Assembly (NCBI GenBank): GCA_045642565.1
Contig: JAZUJE010000008.1
Coordinates: 38,223-62,222 of the forward strand
Length of the DNA: 24,000 bases
Source: Anaerovoracaceae bacterium
Lineage (GTDB): Bacteria > Bacillota > Clostridia > Peptostreptococcales > Anaerovoracaceae
Direction of reading: 5' to 3'
Under the pieces are notes generated by a model. The model was not told where the DNA came from and ran no database searches. It saw nothing but the letters and a program-made list of their open reading frames with translations. Made by a program: the position numbers and the translations under genes. Below are positions 6,004 to 12,694 of this stretch, in pieces. How positions within the stretch are numbered: position 1 is the stretch's first letter; the number at the start of each line of letters is the position of its first letter.

Positions 6004-7695
6004 ATGTTAGATGCAAAAAGACTTTTGGAATTCGAATATTTTCCGAGCGAATTACCCGAGTGCTTTACTTCAAAAGGATTAGCACAACATTATTCGGAAA
6101 TAAAAGGCCAAATTAATTCTCATTCATTTCCTTCATCACTTCCCTTGGAGTTTTCAATTTACAAAGGGGAAAACTCACGGCGAAGAATGGCGTTGCCGAA
6201 TCCAATTCATTATTTCAAAATTGTAGATTTGTTGGTCGAAAACGAAAGGGACTTATTTGATCTCTTTGAAAAAAGTGATTATTCGCTAACAAAGCCTTCG
6301 ACCGATCAAAGCGATACACAAAAAAGAGCATATAATAGGGTGTCAAACAATCCTATGCAAACAAGACTTATCAATGAGAAAAATTTTTGCGATAATACCA
6401 TTTGTATAAAATTAGATATAAGTAATTTTTTTGATAGCATTTATACTCATTCGATTTCATGGGCCATACATACAAAAAATGTGGCTAAACAAAAAACAGG
6501 CGATAAAACGCTTTTGGGCAACAAGATTGATAAAGCGTTACAAGAACTTAATTACGACCAAACACATGGGATATTGGTCGGCAATGCAGTTTCAAGAATC
6601 ATTTCTGAAATAATACTTTGTAAAATTGATGCTGAAATAAAAGTAGCATTTCCTAATATAAAAATGTGTCGTTTTGTTGACGATTATTCTTTTTACATCA
6701 AAGAAAATGAGTCGCCAAACGCCATTATTTCTTTTGTTCGCAATCGTTTGTTAGAATATGATTTGGTACTAAATGAAGCAAAAACAAAATTATATAACGC
6801 TCCATTTGTTTTAGAGCGAAGTGGAATAGATGAAATTAAAGCGATAAATACACATGATGCCTATACCTACTATAACAGACTTATAATCATGTTTGACAAA
6901 TACAAAGATTTATCCTTGTTAAAATATGGATTGTCAATATTATCACCAATCATAAATGATAGAAGCTTTCACACGGTATTTCCGCTTTTAAATAATTTAT
7001 GGGTTACATATCCTTCCTTAGCCGAAAAAATCTTGCCGATTTTTTATTCAAAAAAAGATTTGTTTGATTCAAAAGAAAAAAATGTTTTTAAAACATCATT
7101 ATGCTCAATAATTAATTTAGGCATTCAATACCGTCAAGAAGCAGAAACCATTTGGGCAGTTTGGGGAATGACTCTGTTTGATTTTAATTTTAATCAGAGA
7201 TTATTTGAAAACTTATGCACATCCAATAATGACTTGGCAATAATTATTGCAGCAGTTTATATGAAAAAATATGGTTATAAGTATTATGATGAAGTTATAA
7301 ATGAATTGGTCAAACGAATTACAGACGAATCGATCGATTCTTCCCCCAAAAACAGAAAAGATATATATTTTCCACATTGGTTGTTGATATATGAGCTTAC
7401 CAAGAAAAACATAGTCTGCAACACAACCTTTCAAAGTGTCAAAACTGATCCATTTTTCAAAAAAATATATGATTTAGATGTAGATTTCTATGATTGCAAT
7501 ATAGTACCGAATGCCAATGAGAAGGTTAAAGTAAAAGCAAAAATGAGCGAAATGGACAAGCAGAATTTGTCTGTATTGCTCGAGATGATTGTACCGGAAA
7601 AAATGTCAAATAACGAAAAAATAAAAGAAATAGTTGAGAGAATTAACAGCATTGTTTTTGATAGCGACGAAAATTGGGTTTATGATATACCGTAA
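6004..7695 (+). CDS. Abi/UG-type (defence-associated, non-retron, non-intron) reverse transcriptase with long helical C-terminal domain
   Basis: 563 aa with RBS AGGAG. RT motifs: RRRMALPNPIHY; IKLDISNFFDSIYTHSISWA (motif A, D138); HGILVGNAVSRIISEI (motif B); RFVDDYSF (motif C, DD at 6679-6684); LVLNEAKTKL (motif D/E). About 280 aa of helical tail follows, as in the AbiA/AbiK/UG classes. The subclass cannot be assigned by eye. Confidence 0.85.
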   Translation: MLDAKRLLEFEYFPSELPECFTSKGLAQHYSEIKGQINSHSFPSSLPLEFSIYKGENSRRRMALPNPIHYFKIVDLLVENERDLFDLFEKSDYSLTKPSTDQSDTQKRAYNRVSNNPMQTRLINEKNFCDNTICIKLDISNFFDSIYTHSISWAIHTKNVAKQKTGDKTLLGNKIDKALQELNYDQTHGILVGNAVSRIISEIILCKIDAEIKVAFPNIKMCRFVDDYSFYIKENESPNAIISFVRNRLLEYDLVLNEAKTKLYNAPFVLERSGIDEIKAINTHDAYTYYNRLIIMFDKYKDLSLLKYGLSILSPIINDRSFHTVFPLLNNLWVTYPSLAEKILPIFYSKKDLFDSKEKNVFKTSLCSIINLGIQYRQEAETIWAVWGMTLFDFNFNQRLFENLCTSNNDLAIIIAAVYMKKYGYKYYDEVINELVKRITDESIDSSPKNRKDIYFPHWLLIYELTKKNIVCNTTFQSVKTDPFFKKIYDLDVDFYDCNIVPNANEKVKVKAKMSEMDKQNLSVLLEMIVPEKMSNNEKIKEIVERINSIVFDSDENWVYDIP

Positions 7696-7869
7696 AGAAT
7701 CTTGATGTTGTCTGGCAAAACAATGACCTTGAGCACATTCAAAATTAAAAAGGCCAAACTTTCAATTAGAATACTGTTAATCAGCTCAGAAGTTGATTGA
7801 AGTTCAGAAATACTCTGAAGCAAAACGCCAATATATAAGGATTACAAAAATATGTAAGGCAGCAAAAAT

Positions 7870-8514
7870 ATGTTAAACAAATATTTTAGAATGGATGGAA
7901 ATAATAGTCTTGATTTTATGTATGCAAACATTGCAGTAAAAAATATATATTTTGCGTTAATCTCATTGGACTATATCTTTGATTCCGACAAGTATAATAT
8001 TGGTGTCTACCATGATGAACACACATATTACTTTTTCCACATTCAAAGTTTGCTAACTGCTTGCGGAAATATAGCTAATGTTTTTTATAATCTGGGTGTT
8101 CATAATGGACGTCGATCAACCGAACGTTGCCGAAGACTGCGTAATACATTCAATATAAGCAAGGGCATGTATCAACTTGTTTTTCAAAAAGAAGCACGCA
8201 ATACGAACGAGCACTTTGACGAACGTTATGAAGAATTCGGCGGAAATTTGGGAGACTATAATTTGTTAGACCATGATACAGATGCATATATGAGAGCTGT
8301 AATACAAACCAATCCTCATTTAAGAACATATGACATAGAGAATCATATATATCATACATTCATTCGCAGATCGGGAAGATTTGAACGATTTGAGTACAAC
8401 TTAATAGAATTACGACGAGAATTAGAGCGAATGCGTGATAGCATAATCGATAATCCAGTTTTTTCTTCTGCTTGGGTAGAAGAAATGCCAATAGAACAAG
8501 TCGAGAGACATTAA
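7870..8514 (+). CDS. Small HEPN-like (Rx4H) protein, putative RNase effector partner of the RT
   Basis: 214-aa helical-looking protein. It has a single EARNTNEHFDER motif (R110 at 8197-8199, H115 at 8212-8214) with the polar Asn after Arg that is common in Abi-type HEPN domains. It is on the same strand as the RT and 174 nt downstream. The call rests on one motif plus context. Confidence 0.5.
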   Translation: MLNKYFRMDGNNSLDFMYANIAVKNIYFALISLDYIFDSDKYNIGVYHDEHTYYFFHIQSLLTACGNIANVFYNLGVHNGRRSTERCRRLRNTFNISKGMYQLVFQKEARNTNEHFDERYEEFGGNLGDYNLLDHDTDAYMRAVIQTNPHLRTYDIENHIYHTFIRRSGRFERFEYNLIELRRELERMRDSIIDNPVFSSAWVEEMPIEQVERH

Positions 8515-8544
8515 GCGTAATTCCGATAAAAAATTAAAGTAAAG

Positions 8545-8590
8545 GATCCGACTCTGCAGTACAATATGGCAAAGCCGGATTTTATTTTTT
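8545..8590 (+). terminator. Weak candidate terminator after the HEPN-like gene
   Basis: ATCCGaC...GcCGGAT imperfect stem with a ~21-nt loop, followed by TTTTATTTTTTT (8580-8590). Confidence 0.3.
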
Positions 8591-8609
8591 TGTTCAATTC
8601 CCAGCATTC

Positions 8610-8645
8610 AACCCGTGCGTTCGCTGTCTTGAAAATGTAGTGTTT
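8610..8645. repeat. Copy B of the ~35-nt dispersed repeat (orphan, no gene downstream on the minus strand)
   Basis: AACCCGTGCGTTCGCTGTCTTGAAAATGTAGTGTTT, paired with 4221-4255. Confidence 0.6.
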
Positions 8646-8763
8646 ATGCGGGTTTTGGTCAAATCCGTTATCAACCACGCGACCAAAAGCAAAAGCTTGG
8701 ACTCTCAATGATTTCCAGGCTTTTTTCTTTTTCTTCAAATAGTTGAAATGGCCTAGTTTTTAG

Positions 8764-8791
8764 TTTTTGGACAACTTTTGGACAACTTTTT
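8764..8791 (+). repeat. 28-nt direct repeat, left copy (tandem TTTTGGACAAC x2)
   Basis: TTTTTGGACAACTTTTGGACAACTTTTT is identical at 26 of 28 positions to 12325-12352. Confidence 0.75.
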
Positions 8792-8798
8792 ATGTAGT

Positions 8799-8832
8799 AA
8801 ACAGCTTCAGAAATGAAGCTGTTTGCTTTTTT
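8799..8832 (+). terminator. Rho-independent terminator
   Basis: Perfect 11-bp stem AAACAGCTTCA-GAAA-TGAAGCTGTTT (8799-8824) followed by GCTTTTTT. It lies 285 nt after the nearest upstream plus-strand gene. Confidence 0.7.
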
Positions 8833-8873
8833 GATGCTATCATTACGGTGGCAATTCATGTTCTCTGGAAATG

Positions 8874-8921
8874 TTGACAACGCGAACACATTTATGGGAT
8901 AATATTACTAATAGTATTAGT
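8874..8921 (+). promoter_or_regulatory. Sigma-A promoter of the MarR cassette with a downstream palindromic operator
   Basis: TTGACA (8874-8879), an 18-nt spacer, then TGgGATAAT (-10 at 8898-8903). The perfect 7-1-7 palindrome ACTAATAgTATTAGT at 8907-8921 is typical MarR-box geometry. Confidence 0.55.
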
Positions 8922-8939
8922 TAAATTTGAGGAAAAATT

Positions 8940-9380
8940 ATGGAATCAGAATCACAAATTACTCAATCATTTATTGATATGAGATCAAGCCAAGAGTATA
9001 GAGATTATTTAAGAGCTTTTGCACAAAAATCTTTTAACATAACTCAAATACTTACATATATTCATGGGCATGGTGGTAACGTGCATCCAAATAGAATAGC
9101 AGAAGATTTATCAATTACCACAGCCCAAATGGCTGTGTTGTTAAACCATCTTGAGAAATGTGGATATATAGAACGCATGCCAGATAAAGACGATCATAGA
9201 AAAACAAATGTTAGACTAACTGAAGCTGGAAAAAACTATCGTAAAGAGCTGAGTAAGAAGTATCATTCGTTTATTAATGAAATATTTATACGCATGGGGA
9301 AACGGGATTCTGAACGATTTGTCGAACTATTTTCTGAGTTTGTAAAAACCGGCGCGCAGATTTATTCAGAAAGGTCATAA
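8940..9380 (+). CDS. MarR family winged-helix transcriptional regulator
   Basis: 146 aa. IAEDLSITTAQMAVLLNHLEKCGYIERMPDKDDHRKTNVRLTEAGKNY is the canonical MarR HTH plus wing (DxR..). The stop is 1 nt from the next ATG. Confidence 0.85.
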   Translation: MESESQITQSFIDMRSSQEYRDYLRAFAQKSFNITQILTYIHGHGGNVHPNRIAEDLSITTAQMAVLLNHLEKCGYIERMPDKDDHRKTNVRLTEAGKNYRKELSKKYHSFINEIFIRMGKRDSERFVELFSEFVKTGAQIYSERS

Positions 9381-9381
9381 G

Positions 9382-10056
9382 ATGATAAATAGGGTTAAGG
9401 GATCCATTCAAGAAAATAAAGATAAAAAGCAATACATGAAAATTCTAAACATTCAGGACAAGCATAACAAAGAATTCTTTGATATGGATGGCTGTGGATT
9501 GGAAATTGAATTTGGTGTTATCTATGAACCAAGATGCAGAGTCTATATTGCTACGGGGCTTAAAAAAATGAAGGAGTTTGTAGCTAATAGGGGTAAATTT
9601 GTTTTGGATGACAGCATCGGAAAATTTTTGAATGTGGAAATTGTTTTAAATCCATTTACTTTGGAAGATCTTAAGCCTATTTTTAATGGTATTGTTGATA
9701 TATTGAATTTCTACGAAAACTTTGTATTTGATGATAACTGTGGTATACATGCGAATTTCAGAGCTGATGATAAATTAAAGGAGAAGTTTTACAACATTAT
9801 CACAGATGGTCGGTATGACAGTGAGAGGTTCAGTCATAGTAAATACAAAAAAGATTTTAACGAAACTGTTATTAATTCTGATGGAACGAAGAAAACATAT
9901 GAAGAGTACCTCGTTTATCAAAATACAGTTGGTGCAAAATACTGTGGCATTAACTTCCTTAAGCCAAACTTGGTAGAAGTGAGGACATTGAATCTTGAAT
10001 GGGAAGATATAGAGTTTTTTTATAGCGCGTATGAAGAATCTAAAGGCTTAATATAA
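9382..10056 (+). CDS. Putative amidoligase (Amidoligase_2 / glutamine-synthetase-like fold), short form
   Basis: 224 aa. The motif series is CGLEIEF (ExE), NVEIVLNP, CGIHANF, then NLVEVRTL (E-x-R). This order matches my recollection of the amidoligase family. The assignment is tentative. Confidence 0.45.
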   Translation: MINRVKGSIQENKDKKQYMKILNIQDKHNKEFFDMDGCGLEIEFGVIYEPRCRVYIATGLKKMKEFVANRGKFVLDDSIGKFLNVEIVLNPFTLEDLKPIFNGIVDILNFYENFVFDDNCGIHANFRADDKLKEKFYNIITDGRYDSERFSHSKYKKDFNETVINSDGTKKTYEEYLVYQNTVGAKYCGINFLKPNLVEVRTLNLEWEDIEFFYSAYEESKGLI

Positions 10057-10072
10057 TTAGTGACAGTAAGCT

Positions 10073-11599
10073 ATGCAATTTAAATTTTTATTCGACAAAA
10101 TTAAAGAGGCGTTGATATCGGTATTACCGATTAGTGTGATGGTAATATTGTTGAACTTTACGTCACTTGTAAACTTTTCAACTACAGAAATTATCATTTT
10201 TCTATCCTGCACTTTATGTTTAATAGTTGGAATTGGGATGTTCAATTTAGGCGCTGATTTAGCGATGTCTCCTATGGGCGAATATATTGGTGTTGGCCTG
10301 ACAAAATCAAAAAAACTTTGGATAATTATTCTAGTCTGTTTTGCAATGGGACTTTTAATTACAGTTGCTGAACCCGATTTAAGTGTGTTAGCAACACAAC
10401 TAGAATCGGTCATTAAGCCTAACAGTTTGATATTCGCTATTGGCGCAGGTGTAGGGCTATTTTTGGTTGTATCAGTTCTTAAGATATTATTTAAAAAAGA
10501 TCTGTCATCGTTATTGCTGTTTTTCTACTTAGTAATGTTTGCGTTAACGAGCCTTGTTATTCTAAACGAAAGAACAGCACTCCTTGCTTTGGCTTTTGAT
10601 TCCGGCGGGGTTACAACAGGTCCTATTACGGTTCCGTTCATAATGGCTTTGGGAATTGGTATTGCAAGTTCTATTGGTGGAAAGGACGCTAGCGAAAACA
10701 GTTTCGGCTTAATTGCATTGTGTTCGGTTGGCCCGATTGTTGCAGTTATGATTTTAGCAATTAGTTCTGATGAGAGCTTAATTTATGCTATTCCTGATTA
10801 TTCAATTGATAGCATTTCGTTTGGATATTTAGCAGAGGTGATTCTTGGCGTTAGCAAAGGTATTCTTAAATCTGTTATTCTAATTTTTGGCTTCTTTGTC
10901 TTTATTAACGCAGCGATAATTAAATTGCCTGTAAGAAAAGTAGCAAGATTATTAAATGGAATCATAATTACTATTATTGGTTTGGTTATTTTTCTCTCAG
11001 CTGTAGAAATTGGTTTTATGCCTATAGGATATAAATTAGGGCAGGAACTCGCTACTTCACCATTTTTGCTTATTACTATGGGATTTTTAATTGGTGCAGT
11101 TGTTGTGTTGGCCGAGCCAGCAGTACATGTGCTTAACAACCAGGTTGCTGATGTAACAAATGGGCTCGTTTCAAAGAAAGCCATGATGATAGCACTCTGC
11201 ATTGGGGTTGGCATTTCTATAGGTTTATCAATGCTTAGAATAGTATTAGATTTTAGTATTCTGTATTATTTGATCCCCGGGTATCTTTTGTCTTTGGGCT
11301 TATCTTTATTTGTTCCAAAGATTTATACCGGTATTGCATTTGACTCCGGCGGAGTTGCTTCTGGACCGCTTACATCAAGTTTTATTCTACCATTGGCAGT
11401 TGGTGCATGTATTGTTCTAAACGGAGAAGACGGTGTATTATACAATGCATTTGGTGTTGTCGCAATGGTTGCAATGACTCCTTTGATTACAATTCAGTGC
11501 TTAGGATTTTCTGCAATATATCATAAAAAGAGAAAACAAAAATATGCCATAAAAAAGATTTCAAATGCAAGTGATAAACAGATAATTAGATTTAGATAA
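10073..11599 (+). CDS. DUF1538-family polytopic membrane protein (tandem internal duplication)
   Basis: 508 aa and very hydrophobic. It has two homologous halves carrying LAFDSGGVTTGPITVPF (~10592-10640) and IAFDSGGVASGPLTSSF (~11335-11380). It is followed by PII-like genes, the usual DUF1538 neighbourhood. There is no convincing RBS before ATG 10073, so the start is uncertain. Confidence 0.7.
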   Translation: MQFKFLFDKIKEALISVLPISVMVILLNFTSLVNFSTTEIIIFLSCTLCLIVGIGMFNLGADLAMSPMGEYIGVGLTKSKKLWIIILVCFAMGLLITVAEPDLSVLATQLESVIKPNSLIFAIGAGVGLFLVVSVLKILFKKDLSSLLLFFYLVMFALTSLVILNERTALLALAFDSGGVTTGPITVPFIMALGIGIASSIGGKDASENSFGLIALCSVGPIVAVMILAISSDESLIYAIPDYSIDSISFGYLAEVILGVSKGILKSVILIFGFFVFINAAIIKLPVRKVARLLNGIIITIIGLVIFLSAVEIGFMPIGYKLGQELATSPFLLITMGFLIGAVVVLAEPAVHVLNNQVADVTNGLVSKKAMMIALCIGVGISIGLSMLRIVLDFSILYYLIPGYLLSLGLSLFVPKIYTGIAFDSGGVASGPLTSSFILPLAVGACIVLNGEDGVLYNAFGVVAMVAMTPLITIQCLGFSAIYHKKRKQKYAIKKISNASDKQIIRFR

Positions 11600-11612
11600 G
11601 GGATGGGAATAT

Positions 11613-11987
11613 ATGAATATTATTGATATTTTAAATAAAAATGCAATACCTCCTGAGCTTAAACTGCTGGTGGTAATTGTTAACAGGGATAGAAGTGAAA
11701 TATTTTTAAACATTCTTCAAGAGTTTGAGATTAATGCGCAATTGTATATTAGTGCGACTGGTACTGCTAGCGAAGCTATGCTACAGAAAATGGGTATCGG
11801 AACCCAAAAAGCTGTAATTGTTGCGGCAATTAGAGAAGACTTGGTAAAAGATGCATTAAGTTTTCTTGAAGATAAATTTAAAAATATTAAAAATGGGAAG
11901 GGTATTGCTTTTACAATTCCTTTTGCTTCGATTATTGGGGCATCTGCATATGGCTTTTTAAGCAATCAATTAGTGGAGGCTAAGTAG
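11613..11987 (+). CDS. PII-like (GlnB-superfamily) small signalling protein
   Basis: 124 aa. It has a ferredoxin-like pattern LLVVIVNRD...AVIVAAIRED...KGIAFTIPFASIIG and is paralogous to the next gene. Confidence 0.65.
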   Translation: MNIIDILNKNAIPPELKLLVVIVNRDRSEIFLNILQEFEINAQLYISATGTASEAMLQKMGIGTQKAVIVAAIREDLVKDALSFLEDKFKNIKNGKGIAFTIPFASIIGASAYGFLSNQLVEAK

Positions 11988-11989
11988 CG

Positions 11990-12319
11990 ATGAATGAATT
12001 TGAATTAATTATTTGTATTGTAAATAAAGGATATAGCGATACTGTAATGGATGCTGCAAGAAGCAATGGCGCGGGTGGTGGAACAATTGTAAATGCCCGC
12101 GGAACTGCTAACCCTGAGTCTGAAAAGCTTTTTGGAGTTGTTGTTCAGCCTGAAAAGGAAACCGTACTTATTGTTGCAAAAAAAGAGAAAGTCGATGCAA
12201 TAGTGAGTGCTATTTATGATGTTGCAAATCTTGCAACAGATGGCCACGGCATAGCGTTTACTTTACCTATTGATTCGATAGTGGGGCTTCCAGAAAAGCA
12301 ATTAACGTGTAATTACTAA
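11990..12319 (+). CDS. PII-like (GlnB-superfamily) small signalling protein
   Basis: 109 aa with RBS GGAGG. LIICIVNKGYSDTVMDAARSNGAGGGTIVNARGT...GHGIAFTLPIDSIVGL is typical of the PII-like proteins paired with DUF1538. Confidence 0.75.
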   Translation: MNEFELIICIVNKGYSDTVMDAARSNGAGGGTIVNARGTANPESEKLFGVVVQPEKETVLIVAKKEKVDAIVSAIYDVANLATDGHGIAFTLPIDSIVGLPEKQLTCNY

Positions 12320-12324
12320 TTCCT

Positions 12325-12352
12325 TTTGTGGACATCTTTTGGACAACTTTTT
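12325..12352 (+). repeat. 28-nt direct repeat, right copy
   Basis: TTTGTGGACATCTTTTGGACAACTTTTT begins 6 nt after the stop of the last PII-like gene and pairs with 8764-8791. Confidence 0.75.
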
Positions 12353-12467
12353 GTACAAAATAGTCCAAAGCAAGGCTAAACAATTCAACACGAAAAATGA
12401 TAGTTTTGCTTGAAATTACAATACATTAAGCTGTTTTAATAAACATGGTAAAACGCAAAAATAATGT

Positions 12468-12512
12468 CTCATAACCCGGACGTCGCAGGCTCAAATCCTG
12501 TCCCCGCAACCA
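12468..12512 (+). pseudogene. 3' fragment (anticodon loop to CCA) of an initiator tRNA-Met; att-site-like island boundary
   Basis: CTCATAACCCGGACGTCGCAGGCTCAAATCCTGTCCCCGCAACCA contains a CAT anticodon loop followed by CCC, then T-arm, acceptor 3' strand, discriminator A and CCA. It matches my recollection of the Bacillus-type tRNA-fMet 3' half at about 41 of 45 positions. No acceptor 5' strand or D-arm lies upstream. T54 is C and the T-stem has a G-U pair, so it is not a functional tRNA. Confidence 0.75.
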
Positions 12513-12521
12513 TAACTTAAG

Positions 12522-12556
12522 CAGTAATTGATACGAAAGTCTTGATTACTGTTTTT
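12522..12556 (+). terminator. Terminator hairpin immediately after the tRNA fragment
   Basis: CAGTAAT(tga)...(ttg)ATTACTG stem (12522-12551) followed by TTTTT (12552-12556). Confidence 0.55.
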
Positions 12557-12694
12557 ATTATCCTATAAGCACATAATTTGTTGATTATGCTCTTTTTAGG
12601 GTATAATTAAATGTTAGTAATTAGTAACATAGCTTAAATTTATATAGCTTGTATTATAAAAAATATAATACATATACTGAAAGGAAATTCTAAA

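Noticed and set aside
8422-8889. Minus-strand ORFs 8422-8607, 8511-8738 and 8671-8889 in the gap between the HEPN-like gene and the MarR gene
   Set aside because: They have no RBS and mutually overlap. They run through the repeats and the terminator hairpin, and one overlaps the HEPN gene's 3' end. The region is better explained as non-coding element remnants.
10057-11214. Minus-strand ORFs 10057-10413 and 10798-11214
   Set aside because: They are antisense to the DUF1538 membrane-protein gene. They are typical shadow ORFs of a hydrophobic-codon-rich gene.
12328-12336. TGTGGACAT within the right 28-nt repeat resembles a DnaA box (TGTGNATAA)
   Set aside because: It matches only 7 of 9 positions, no cluster of boxes or AT-rich unwinding element is nearby, and the left copy reads TTTGGACAA. 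It is treated as part of the direct repeat only.
12651-12671. Perfect 8-bp inverted repeat GTATTATA-n5-TATAATAC upstream of the beta-helix gene, possibly an operator or promoter
   Set aside because: It is pure A/T sequence in an AT-rich leader, so chance palindromes are likely. No convincing -35 element lies at the right spacing. It is noted but not called.
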